Part shown: positions 1 through 6,872 of the stretch, piece after piece
Layout of the letters: each line of letters begins with the position of its first letter
Numbering within the stretch: the first letter of the stretch is position 1
DNA from: a virus
Taxonomy: Duplodnaviria > Caudoviricetes
Length of the DNA stretch: 32,847 bases
IMG/VR virus record: IMGVR_UViG_3300027769_000090
Span: 1 to 32,847 of that record
Direction: 5' to 3' (one strand)
The notes under the pieces: model-generated
What the model was told of the DNA's origin: nothing
What the model saw: the letters and a program-made list of their open reading frames with translations, nothing else
Databases searched by the model: none
Position numbers and translations under genes: made by a program

Positions 1-110
1 CGAAAGGGCAGCCAGGGTAAACTAAGATTATCTGAGCGTAGAAAATAACCCATACCCACCATCTGCCAGGAGGGAGGCAGGGGTTTCTACCTCAGTATTG
101 TTTATTTATA
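1..110. other. probable genome end/cos-proximal region
   Basis: Non-coding, G-run-rich on the minus strand, between HNH and (via the junction) terS; the first 6 nt CGAAAG equal the last 6 nt of the window. Confidence 0.5.
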
Positions 111-425
111 TTATTTCTTAGATGAATTGCATCTGCGACATAAAACCATAATGTTGGATAGGACATTCTGTCCTCCATCAGCCAAACTTAAAATATGATC
201 TGCCGTCAGGTCCTTTTTACTTCCACATCTTGAGCACCATGGCTGTACTGTCCTTGCATATCTTGATAATTTTTGCCACTCATAATCGTACTGTCTATTT
301 CTATGTATACGCTTAGGATCTTTTGACTGGATGGCTAGTGTGCACTGGGGGCATGTGGATCCCCTGGATAATATTCCACAATATAAACAAGGACTAAGAA
401 ATCTTTTCATACTATCACTGCCCAT
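111..425 (-). CDS. HNH endonuclease, terminase-associated (HK97 gp74-like)
   Basis: CxxC...CxxC N-terminus plus CSRCG...ADHILSLADGG...NIMVLCRRCNSSK HNH motif; last gene before the genome end and terS. Start may be the second Met (410). Confidence 0.9.
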   Translation of the reverse strand: MGSDSMKRFLSPCLYCGILSRGSTCPQCTLAIQSKDPKRIHRNRQYDYEWQKLSRYARTVQPWCSRCGSKKDLTADHILSLADGGQNVLSNIMVLCRRCNSSKK

Positions 426-445
426 CTAATTAAAATATATAAAGA

Positions 446-661
446 CTAATCTAATTCTTCAGTAGAGTTAGAGCACTCATCACACCCAGGGTCATTATCA
501 TAGTTATCATACTTAACCATATTACCCATATGGCTTTCATCTAAAACCATTGTTTGGATGACTGCCTTGTTTATTATTGTATCTATTAGATCTAAGGATA
601 TTCTTTCGTCTGTTGTGATACCCACATTTATTGGGCCAAGTGTTATATTAATATCAAACAT
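446..661 (-). CDS. hypothetical protein
   Basis: 71-aa ORF co-oriented with neighbours and overlapping the upstream stop; acidic C-terminus with CxxC. Confidence 0.6.
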   Translation of the reverse strand: MFDINITLGPINVGITTDERISLDLIDTIINKAVIQTMVLDESHMGNMVKYDNYDNDPGCDECSNSTEELD

Positions 662-821
662 TCTTGCTTATCCTCAATCTCTCATCTAGTAGTTCTTCTA
701 TCATATCATTGATTAGATGCTTCTTGCTGTCTATTGTATCTGCTCTTAATAGGATTGCGTTAGATAGTTTCTCATCTATTAGTTGGATTTGATCAAGGTC
801 TTGCTTAGTTATATTAGCCAT
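654..821 (-). CDS. hypothetical protein (short helical)
   Basis: The track start at 881 lies inside a consensus promoter; the ATG at 821 (MANITKQ) follows GACGGGA. Confidence 0.6.
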   Translation of the reverse strand: MANITKQDLDQIQLIDEKLSNAILLRADTIDSKKHLINDMIEELLDERLRISKNV

Positions 822-872
822 TGCTTTATCTGTCCCGTCAAACTTTTGGGGTGCACAATATCTGTTGCTATC

Positions 873-901
873 ATTATACATGAAGTTTTAGAAATTGTCA
901 A
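873..901 (-). promoter_or_regulatory. consensus sigma70/SigA promoter TTGACA-N17-TATAAT, candidate late promoter
   Basis: Minus strand reads TTGACA atttctaaaacttcatg TATAAT; points toward the HNH gene and, after circularisation, the packaging/structural operon. Confidence 0.8.
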
Positions 902-1626
902 GATAAATCCTTTGCTTTGGTGATTGCTCCAAAGTCATAGAGACCATTCTTGATAGAGACATTATGAGCGTTTACTATCTTTAAGACCTCTCTTGGAGTT
1001 ATCCTAAGCCATAGGCAGATTGCTTCCATATCCAAATAGAAAACCTTATCAGGATTATTAAGGGCAAGCGTCAAGAGTCTATACATTGTCCATGAAGTAC
1101 GACATTTGTGACAGACTACATCAGCCAAGAGATTGTCCATATCCATAACTATATGAGATTTACAGTCATCTGTTGGGCATGGGATCCTTCTAGGTTGTTC
1201 TATGAATCTCTTATTAGTAGCCATACCTTTACTATGGAGTTCCTTTATTAGTCCCGCAAACTCCTCCACCCAATCCTGTTGGACTGTCCATTCAAGATGG
1301 GCTAAGTGGAATGAGACTGTTGCAGCAACCTCTTTCTCCACTGTGGCTTCTCTCTTCAGTAAGGCTGGAGGAGTCAGAGACCTACATCTACGGATAAGGG
1401 CTTCATACTTATGTAATGTCCCCAGAAGTTCCTTACCCATAGAATAATCTAATGCATTCACATTGAAACCTATTGATCTCTCTGTGCTTGGTGAGCCTGA
1501 GCCAGACCTACCTGGAGTAACAAATGAAGCAGCACCTTGTTGTAGTTCAGGCAACTCAGTAAGGTTAGACTTAAGAGCATTGTATTGACTCTTAGTTAAC
1601 TTGCCATGCTTCATGTTGTCTTGCAT
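898..1626 (-). CDS. zinc-ribbon protein with possible C-terminal HTH; putative late transcriptional regulator
   Basis: CPTDDC...CHKC motif followed by HTH-like MEAICLWLRITPREVLKIV. Start re-set to MQDNM (AAGGGGA RBS). Sits immediately upstream of the putative late promoter. Confidence 0.55.
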   Translation of the reverse strand: MQDNMKHGKLTKSQYNALKSNLTELPELQQGAASFVTPGRSGSGSPSTERSIGFNVNALDYSMGKELLGTLHKYEALIRRCRSLTPPALLKREATVEKEVAATVSFHLAHLEWTVQQDWVEEFAGLIKELHSKGMATNKRFIEQPRRIPCPTDDCKSHIVMDMDNLLADVVCHKCRTSWTMYRLLTLALNNPDKVFYLDMEAICLWLRITPREVLKIVNAHNVSIKNGLYDFGAITKAKDLS

Positions 1627-1627
1627 C

Positions 1628-1900
1628 TTATCCCCTTGGAGTTTCCAACTGCTTAAACAAATCATCAACAGTGTTAGCATTCTTAAACTGTCTTTTAGCA
1701 AAGAACGCTTCAAGTTTATCCATTGTTGCTGGACTTAATTCTTTCATAGCCTTCTTTGGTTTCTTAGGTAAAAATGCTAAAGGTATTAAAGCAAATCCTC
1801 CAACAAGGTAAGCAATGAATGTCCATGCATAAACATTTCTTCCTTGTCTAATTGCAAACAATGCTACTGCTAACATCCATACATATTGCATCATTAGCAA
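1628..1900 (-). CDS. small membrane protein
   Basis: Two hydrophobic segments (YVWMLAVALFAI; YAWTFIAYLVGGFALIPLAFL) and a basic tail; exact start uncertain. Confidence 0.65.
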   Translation of the reverse strand: MLMMQYVWMLAVALFAIRQGRNVYAWTFIAYLVGGFALIPLAFLPKKPKKAMKELSPATMDKLEAFFAKRQFKNANTVDDLFKQLETPRG

Positions 1901-2295
1901 TCACACTCATGTTGGTGTTGACTCTTATCAAAGACATATCTGCCTTCTCTGCTCATATCAATGACGACTGCCCATACTCGTGGACCCCATTCATCAAACT
2001 CTTCAATCTGTGCATAGACTGGATACAGTCCATCACCATTACCTGTAGAGAATACAGTTGCATCATGATCACCCAATGTACCAAAGCCCTTAGTTAATGT
2101 TGCATTAGCAGCACCCATATAACTATACTCATCAACATGATTAACATGATCCTCAATGTCAAACTCTTCTGAATCATATGACTTCCACTTATCTAAATAC
2201 AATGGGTCACCAATGATTGCTTGTCCTGAATCTACAAAGAATGTTCCTATCAGTTGTAGATTATCTAACTTCTTAGCCTTTATCTTCTTGTTCAT
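1894..2295 (-). CDS. hypothetical protein (DUF4241-like)
   Basis: VDSGQAIIGDP...STGNGDGLYPVY motifs recall DUF4241-like phage proteins. Confidence 0.55.
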   Translation of the reverse strand: MNKKIKAKKLDNLQLIGTFFVDSGQAIIGDPLYLDKWKSYDSEEFDIEDHVNHVDEYSYMGAANATLTKGFGTLGDHDATVFSTGNGDGLYPVYAQIEEFDEWGPRVWAVVIDMSREGRYVFDKSQHQHECDC

Positions 2296-2422
2296 TTGTT
2301 TTCTCCTGTTCTGTTATTTCAACCCAGCCAATCTGGAGTTGTTCCTTGCCACACACAATGCATACTACTTCATCTTTAGTTGCTGTATTGCAACCTTTGC
2401 AGTAGTATATCTTGTGAATCAT
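2273..2422 (-). CDS. small zinc-ribbon protein (49 aa, not in ORF track)
   Basis: MIHKIYYCKGCNTATKDEVVCIVCGKEQLQIGW...; ATGA overlap with the upstream gene. Confidence 0.65.
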   Translation of the reverse strand: MIHKIYYCKGCNTATKDEVVCIVCGKEQLQIGWVEITEQEKTNEQEDKG

Positions 2423-2745
2423 TCTTCTATGCCTTCTAGTTCCTTTAGTTTCTTTTCTGATATTGATCTACCATGTGCTTGAAAGTATATGTAAGCATAG
2501 GCTTCTCGCATTCTTTCTTGCTTTTCTTCTTCTGTATGCTCTTTAATAGTATACATGTGCTTATCTCTTTTCCTGTCTACTTCTTGCTCTGCCTTTTTAT
2601 TTGCCTGCCATTGTTTCATGTACTTGAGTTTGCACTCTCTACATTCTGTATGTAGCCTAGCCTTATTCTTCTGCTGAGGACCAAAGAACTCAATAGTTAA
2701 TGGCTTCTCAATCTTGCATTTAGAACAGACTCTTGACTCTTCCAT
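2419..2745 (-). CDS. zinc-finger protein resembling the HNH N-terminal domain, no nuclease domain
   Basis: CSKCKIEKP...EFF...CRECK, paralogous to the N-termini of 3229..3735 and 7477..8085. Confidence 0.65.
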   Translation of the reverse strand: MEESRVCSKCKIEKPLTIEFFGPQQKNKARLHTECRECKLKYMKQWQANKKAEQEVDRKRDKHMYTIKEHTEEEKQERMREAYAYIYFQAHGRSISEKKLKELEGIEE

Positions 2746-2748
2746 GTG

Positions 2749-2979
2749 TTACCAATCAGCCTTTGGCCTGTCTTGTAGTTTTGCAACTGACTCATGTGGC
2801 ATTCCTTCTTCTGAACTATACAAGTCAACAAGTCTTGCAAGTCTTTGATGTACCCACTGAGCATACTCAAATTCTTCAAAGGTATCATAAGAACCTCTAT
2901 CAGAAGGTGGAAGAATCATCAGTCCAGTCTTAAAGTAGTGTTCAATTCGCTTTCTTTCAAAGTTTGTTACATAAATCAT
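2749..2979 (-). CDS. hypothetical protein
   Basis: Start re-set to MIYVTNF (ATGA overlap with the stop of 2976..3227). Confidence 0.55.
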   Translation of the reverse strand: MIYVTNFERKRIEHYFKTGLMILPPSDRGSYDTFEEFEYAQWVHQRLARLVDLYSSEEGMPHESVAKLQDRPKADW

Positions 2980-3227
2980 TTGTTGTTTCTTCTTTCTTTT
3001 AGGTAGTGACTTCTGCACAGACTCTTTGCATAGTTTGGCTTATCACAAATACTGCATCTAACTTTATTGTTGTGGTAATTATTCTTTACTAAAGCATTAC
3101 GGCATGACTTACAGTAGTAATCATATCCATCATCGTTCTTACGCAATGGAGTTAACTTGTAGAAGAACTCTACAGACTTAGGAGTATTGCACTTAACGCA
3201 ACTCTTAAAGCCACCGTTTTCTATCAT
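2976..3227 (-). CDS. double zinc-finger protein
   Basis: CVKC...FY...CKSC then CSIC...CRSHY. Confidence 0.65.
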   Translation of the reverse strand: MIENGGFKSCVKCNTPKSVEFFYKLTPLRKNDDGYDYYCKSCRNALVKNNYHNNKVRCSICDKPNYAKSLCRSHYLKERRNNK

Positions 3228-3228
3228 G

Positions 3229-3735
3229 TTACTCAGACTCCTTATTCATAAACTCTTCGTATGTTTTTCTACCTTTAGTTTCGTTGCACTTTCTGTGGCA
3301 TGGTCTTACATTAGCAATGATATTGTCTCCACCCTTAGACATAGGAATTAAGTGATCAGGCCAAAAAGATTTCTCTGATCCTTGTCCTATCTTAGGTGCA
3401 TTAAAATCAACAGGCTTATTGCAGATATAGCAATCAGTTCCATATGTTGCTATTAGTTGCTCGTCTGTCCAGTTATCAGTAAGAACTCCTGCTGCCTTTG
3501 CTCGTTCTCTTCGTCTGATTGCTCGTCGCTTGTCTCTATTATTTATCTGCCACAAATGATAAGCCAACTTCATCTTTTCTGTATTCTCACGATAGTACTT
3601 GGCCATTCCCTTATTGTTGCAATCTCTACATATGCTCTTCAGTCCATACTTTCCTTTTGCTTGCTTATGAAAGTATTCTTCTGTTGCAGGGTATTCTTCT
3701 TTGCATCTTGTACATGTTCTAGTCATAGTTATCAT
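3229..3735 (-). CDS. HNH endonuclease with N-terminal zinc finger
   Basis: CTRC...CRDC, then CYICN...DHLIPMSKGG...NVRPCHRKCN. Confidence 0.9.
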   Translation of the reverse strand: MITMTRTCTRCKEEYPATEEYFHKQAKGKYGLKSICRDCNNKGMAKYYRENTEKMKLAYHLWQINNRDKRRAIRRRERAKAAGVLTDNWTDEQLIATYGTDCYICNKPVDFNAPKIGQGSEKSFWPDHLIPMSKGGDNIIANVRPCHRKCNETKGRKTYEEFMNKESE

Positions 3736-3905
3736 GCTATCACCAATGTTCTTTCACTATATTCCGCTAAATATTCACGGACTGTGGTGACACCCTTGTA
3801 ATCAAAGCATGACTCGCATATTTGTGTATGGCTGTAATCAATCTCATCAGCCACGAAGCCTTCACACCAGACACACATGAGGCTATCTAATTTATCTCTA
3901 TTCAT
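3732..3905 (-). CDS. small CxxC-CxxC protein (57 aa, not in ORF track)
   Basis: MNRDKLDSLMCVWCEG...CESCFDYKG...; AAGGGAG RBS; ATGA overlap with the HNH gene. Confidence 0.65.
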   Translation of the reverse strand: MNRDKLDSLMCVWCEGFVADEIDYSHTQICESCFDYKGVTTVREYLAEYSERTLVIA

Positions 3906-3955
3906 TTACTGCTCCCTTGTTAGTTGTATTTGCAACATCTCTGCTGCATACATTA

Positions 3956-3984
3956 AGTATATCATGACATTATTACTAATGCAA
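3956..3984 (-). promoter_or_regulatory. sigma70/SigA-type promoter TTGCAT-N17-TATACT with extended -10
   Basis: Minus strand TTGCAT tagtaataatgtcaTGa TATACT in an intergenic gap heading the zinc-finger/HNH operon. Confidence 0.7.
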
Positions 3985-4031
3985 CCTAAATGGCCTATTT
4001 TGACCAATTTCTTTAAATTGTTATCATTTCG

Positions 4032-5087
4032 TTATAATTCATACCAGCCCTTATTATGAAGGGTATAAAGTCTCTTAAAATAAGTATCATATCTATGTCT
4101 GACCTGATCCACTGAGTATAGACTTACTGCTCTTTCATGTATTGCCTTTGGATTTAGATTTTTAACATTCTCTGCTGCTTCCGCAAATTCTTTGATCGTA
4201 TGGCATTTGTAACCATTAAATCCATTAATAACAGTTTCAGAATACACACCCCAAGGCGTAGTAATTACTGGTGTTCCACAGGTCTGAGCCTCAACATGCA
4301 CATTTGCAAATGGCTCAATGTAGTATGTTGGGCAGAAGACTGCTGTAGCCTTTCCCATGAGTTCAGCCTTCTCTTTACCATAGACTGGCCCTATGTACTC
4401 GCCATAAGGTGGTTTAAAGTCTCCTACGCCTGCTACAACAAGACGCTTACCAAGATACTCTGCAACCTGTGAGGCAACATCTAATCCCTTGCGTGGAATC
4501 AATCTTCCTATGTAAAGGAAATAATCTTCTTTGTCTTCTACAAGAGGAAATCTTTCTGGCTCTAAATATCCAGGAATCACATCATCAAAGAAGTTTCCAT
4601 CTACTGCTGTAGGATTTGTATTCATGGCATAGATAGAGTGTCTCCATGCTTCTGATTCAAATACTCTAAATGGTGCAAATGTTCCACCATAGCCAATACC
4701 GTACTCAACTCTAATATTATTTGGGAACTCATTAGCAATGTCTACTTGGGTTGAACCAGCAATAAAGCAGATAAAGTCTTTTTGTTCTACTCGCTTCTTT
4801 AGTTCATTAATCACATTACCGTTAAAGATCTGCCATCCCTTTAGTTTTGAATCAAATGGGACATGCAAGAAATGCTTTCCATCTAGAAGTTCTAGTCTTT
4901 CTTCTTCTGAGATGCAAGAGATGAACTCTGTTACATTACCCTCATTTTCTGTACCACCATACAAGAACACCTCATAATCTAGGGAAGTCATCATGTTGCA
5001 GAACTTGCGAATCTTTTCTGTGTAAGCACAATTTTCAAAGTCTGCTGTTGTATTAGTGTGTGGCAGTCCAATAACATGTAGTCTCAA
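4032..5087 (-). CDS. glycosyltransferase, GT4 family (GT-B fold)
   Basis: FLYIGRLIPRKG and EPFANVHVEAQTCGTPVI (E-x7-E motif); TTG start with AAGGGGAC RBS. Confidence 0.9.
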   Translation of the reverse strand: MRLHVIGLPHTNTTADFENCAYTEKIRKFCNMMTSLDYEVFLYGGTENEGNVTEFISCISEEERLELLDGKHFLHVPFDSKLKGWQIFNGNVINELKKRVEQKDFICFIAGSTQVDIANEFPNNIRVEYGIGYGGTFAPFRVFESEAWRHSIYAMNTNPTAVDGNFFDDVIPGYLEPERFPLVEDKEDYFLYIGRLIPRKGLDVASQVAEYLGKRLVVAGVGDFKPPYGEYIGPVYGKEKAELMGKATAVFCPTYYIEPFANVHVEAQTCGTPVITTPWGVYSETVINGFNGYKCHTIKEFAEAAENVKNLNPKAIHERAVSLYSVDQVRHRYDTYFKRLYTLHNKGWYEL

Positions 5088-5108
5088 TTTATAGTCCCCT
5101 TGTCTTAA

Positions 5109-5288
5109 TTATTCTGTAGGCTTTGTAGCGTCTTCATACTGAATTGCCTCTTCTACAAGGTGTACAGCATTTCCATCAACATAAACATACTTTAGTTTTT
5201 GTCCTAGTTCAATAGATATTAGTTGTTCTACTGGAATATTCTTTACTCCAGCAAAAGCAATAATAAAATCTTTAATTATTTGTTCCAT
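5109..5288 (-). CDS. hypothetical protein (59 aa, not in ORF track)
   Basis: MEQIIKDFIIAFAGVKNIPVEQ...; AAGGAG upstream; fills the gap between neighbours. Confidence 0.6.
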   Translation of the reverse strand: MEQIIKDFIIAFAGVKNIPVEQLISIELGQKLKYVYVDGNAVHLVEEAIQYEDATKPTE

Positions 5289-5424
5289 TTGTTTGCTCCT
5301 TCATCTCGTCTATTATTTTGTTTAATCTATCAATAGCAGCATTTAGGCTGTCTATTGTTTCTTGTACTGTGTGTCTCAAAGGAACTTCTCCCCTTGTAAA
5401 ATCATCGTTTATAAATCCACCCAT
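5272..5424 (-). CDS. hypothetical protein (short coiled coil)
   Basis: Start re-set to MGGFINDD (AAGGAG upstream); the GTG at 5496 is an alternative. Confidence 0.5.
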   Translation of the reverse strand: MGGFINDDFTRGEVPLRHTVQETIDSLNAAIDRLNKIIDEMKEQTNGTNN

Positions 5425-5492
5425 TACTTTTCTCTCCTTGTTCCATCTTATTTCATTTCTTGCGTTAAAGAAATGTCTCCTAGGCAAGTGTA

Positions 5493-5750
5493 TCACGACT
5501 TGGTTATCCTTGGCGATTTGTTAATATTGGTTCTTTTGTTTCTTACATCAGCAATAGTGCTTTTTGCAAGGTCTGGTAAATCTTTTCCTTTGTTCCTTTT
5601 TTGCCATCCAATAATGTATTGTTCTAAGTGAGCATCAATTATCTTCATAGACTCTTCCTCAGACATAGCCTGAATCTGCTCTTCGTTATATTTTCTCCAA
5701 AAGGATTTAACTACTACTGGTTCATACATTTTCATTTTTGCTACTTTCAT
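5493..5750 (-). CDS. hypothetical protein
   Basis: 85-aa co-oriented ORF; several possible Met starts. Confidence 0.55.
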   Translation of the reverse strand: MKVAKMKMYEPVVVKSFWRKYNEEQIQAMSEEESMKIIDAHLEQYIIGWQKRNKGKDLPDLAKSTIADVRNKRTNINKSPRITKS

Positions 5751-5850
5751 AAAAATAAACTAACCAACCAATTGATAGTCCAATGATTAGACTTCCTGTT
5801 ATCAGGTTAATAACTCCTGCAACAAATATTGCTTTTAATACATTATCCAT
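5722..5850 (-). CDS. small single-pass membrane protein (42 aa, probably leaderless; not in ORF track)
   Basis: MDNVLKAIFVAGVINLITGSLIIGLSIGWLVYFYESSKNENV; ATG lies 6 nt after a TATAAT box. Confidence 0.6.
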   Translation of the reverse strand: MDNVLKAIFVAGVINLITGSLIIGLSIGWLVYFYESSKNENV

Positions 5851-5856
5851 ATAATG

Positions 5857-5885
5857 ATTATACTCTAATGTTTATTATAAAGCAA
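5857..5885 (-). promoter_or_regulatory. promoter TTGCTT-N17-TATAAT, leaderless geometry
   Basis: TATAAT-cattat-ATG(5850) with no Shine-Dalgarno. Confidence 0.7.
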
Positions 5886-5889
5886 AGTA

Positions 5890-6225
5890 TTTATAGTTAC
5901 CCTGGCCTTGCCAGGAAAGGCTAACGCCTTTAATATTTAAAGTTTAAAAGTTCAATCAGTCTTGGTTAATAACTCTGATTAACTAAAGTCCGTAGGACTT
6001 TGCTTGCGAAGCAAGCGTAATATGTAATTGTTTTTTGATATAAGTAACCTTGGTATTTTACAAACACACTTGATTATTAATCATTTTCCCTTCACTGATG
6101 GCCAAGGATAGGGCGAGTGAGTTCTTCACCTTAACGGATTCCCGTCACATTAAGCACGACCTCTTGCGATTCTCCGTGCCCCTAATAAACCATCCAAGTA
6201 GGTGGATGCGTAGGTTTACTGCAAT
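5890..6225. other. structured non-coding region (candidate replication origin or ncRNA)
   Basis: Dense inverted repeats: AAAGTCC-GTA-GGACTTT (5985-6001), GCTTGC-GAA-GCAAGC (6002-6016), TGATTA-T-TAATCA (6071-6083), multi-stem 6109-6184, nested stem 6186-6218. Confidence 0.5.
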
Positions 6226-6226
6226 T

Positions 6227-6520
6227 TTATTGTTGTCGCTGTTTTTGGTAGTACTCCCTTTTTGTTTTTACTTGTTGCTTGAAAGTTCCCTCTGGATCAT
6301 GGATGTGACACAGAGTTCCAGTTCTCCATTCATCAACAAAGTTTGGACATGGCTTTTTCTTTTTTGTTAGAGAAGTACATCTTACAGTACTCTTCTTCTT
6401 TTTGTCAATTTGAACAGTTTTTACAACAGGCTTTGGCTGTCTTAACTGCTCTAAAACTTTATGCACTGCAGACTTTGCTGTTAAAGCAATATCTGAATCA
6501 TTGCCGTATTGAACTAACAT
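6227..6520 (-). CDS. basic protein with C-x9-C...C-x2-H zinc-binding motif
   Basis: RCTSLTKKKKPCPN...LCHIHDP; AAGGGAG RBS. Confidence 0.65.
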   Translation of the reverse strand: MLVQYGNDSDIALTAKSAVHKVLEQLRQPKPVVKTVQIDKKKKSTVRCTSLTKKKKPCPNFVDEWRTGTLCHIHDPEGTFKQQVKTKREYYQKQRQQ

Positions 6521-6603
6521 ATTTTGCTCCCTTGCTCTGTCGTGAATCTATCTTACCACGATGTTTTATTAAAAAGCAAACTATGGAACAAACTACTCAT
6601 AAT

Positions 6604-6626
6604 GGACAAAACGGACAAAACGGACA
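6604..6626 (+). repeat. three GGACA direct repeats with 9-bp period
   Basis: GGACAAAAC GGACAAAAC GGACA. Confidence 0.7.
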
Positions 6627-6636
6627 TTAGAGACAC

Positions 6637-6682
6637 AAAAAAAGGCCTAATGCGGAGAACGGGAGCAATACGCACTAGGACC
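6637..6682 (-). terminator. intrinsic terminator
   Basis: ~11-bp GC-rich stem followed directly by TTTTTTT on the minus strand. Confidence 0.7.
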
Positions 6683-6723
6683 TTCTTTGTTCTATGGATT
6701 ACTTGGAGGTGATCAACATAGAA
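6637..6723 (-). ncRNA. candidate ~85-nt small RNA or attenuator leader (two hairpins plus U-tract)
   Basis: Begins just downstream of a TTGACA-N17-TATACT promoter; hairpin 1 TTCTATG...CATAGAA encloses GATCACCTCC; hairpin 2 GGTCCTAGTGCG...CGCATTAGGCC is followed by T7. Confidence 0.55.
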
Positions 6724-6727
6724 TATC

Positions 6728-6756
6728 AGTATAGCAGGTGTTATAATTTGTGTCAA
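6728..6756 (-). promoter_or_regulatory. near-consensus promoter TTGACA-N17-TATACT
   Basis: Minus strand TTGACA caaattataacaccTGc TATACT. Confidence 0.8.
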
Positions 6757-6770
6757 ACAAATAGGGTTTC

Positions 6771-6869
6771 TTAGTAAACTTTGACTGTTACTGAGTTGCC
6801 GTCTTTATCAATTCTTGTTACTTCTTCGTATTCCAAAGACTCTAACGATACTTGTTGTTTTTCTGCCAT
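6771..6869 (-). CDS. hypothetical 32-aa protein (not in ORF track)
   Basis: MAEKQQVSLESLEYEEVTRIDKDGNSVTVKVY, starting 3 nt after the upstream stop. Confidence 0.45.
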   Translation of the reverse strand: MAEKQQVSLESLEYEEVTRIDKDGNSVTVKVY

Positions 6870-6872
6870 TTT

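Noticed and set aside
5897-5906. 10-bp inverted match to positions 11-20 (GCCAGGGTAA)
   Set aside because: A single 10-mer match is expected by chance in 33 kb; no further support.
6109-6184. tRNA gene
   Set aside because: Cloverleaf-like, but lacks the T-loop GTTCRA, D-loop GG, a 7-nt anticodon loop and CCA.
6098-6370. Plus-strand 90-aa hydrophobic ORF
   Set aside because: No RBS; antisense to the Lys-rich gene 6227..6520, which explains the hydrophobicity.
6524-6756. ORFs 6524..6712 (+) and 6553..6756 (-)
   Set aside because: They start at TTG without an RBS (one within the -35 box) and span a promoter, terminator and repeats; better explained as non-coding.
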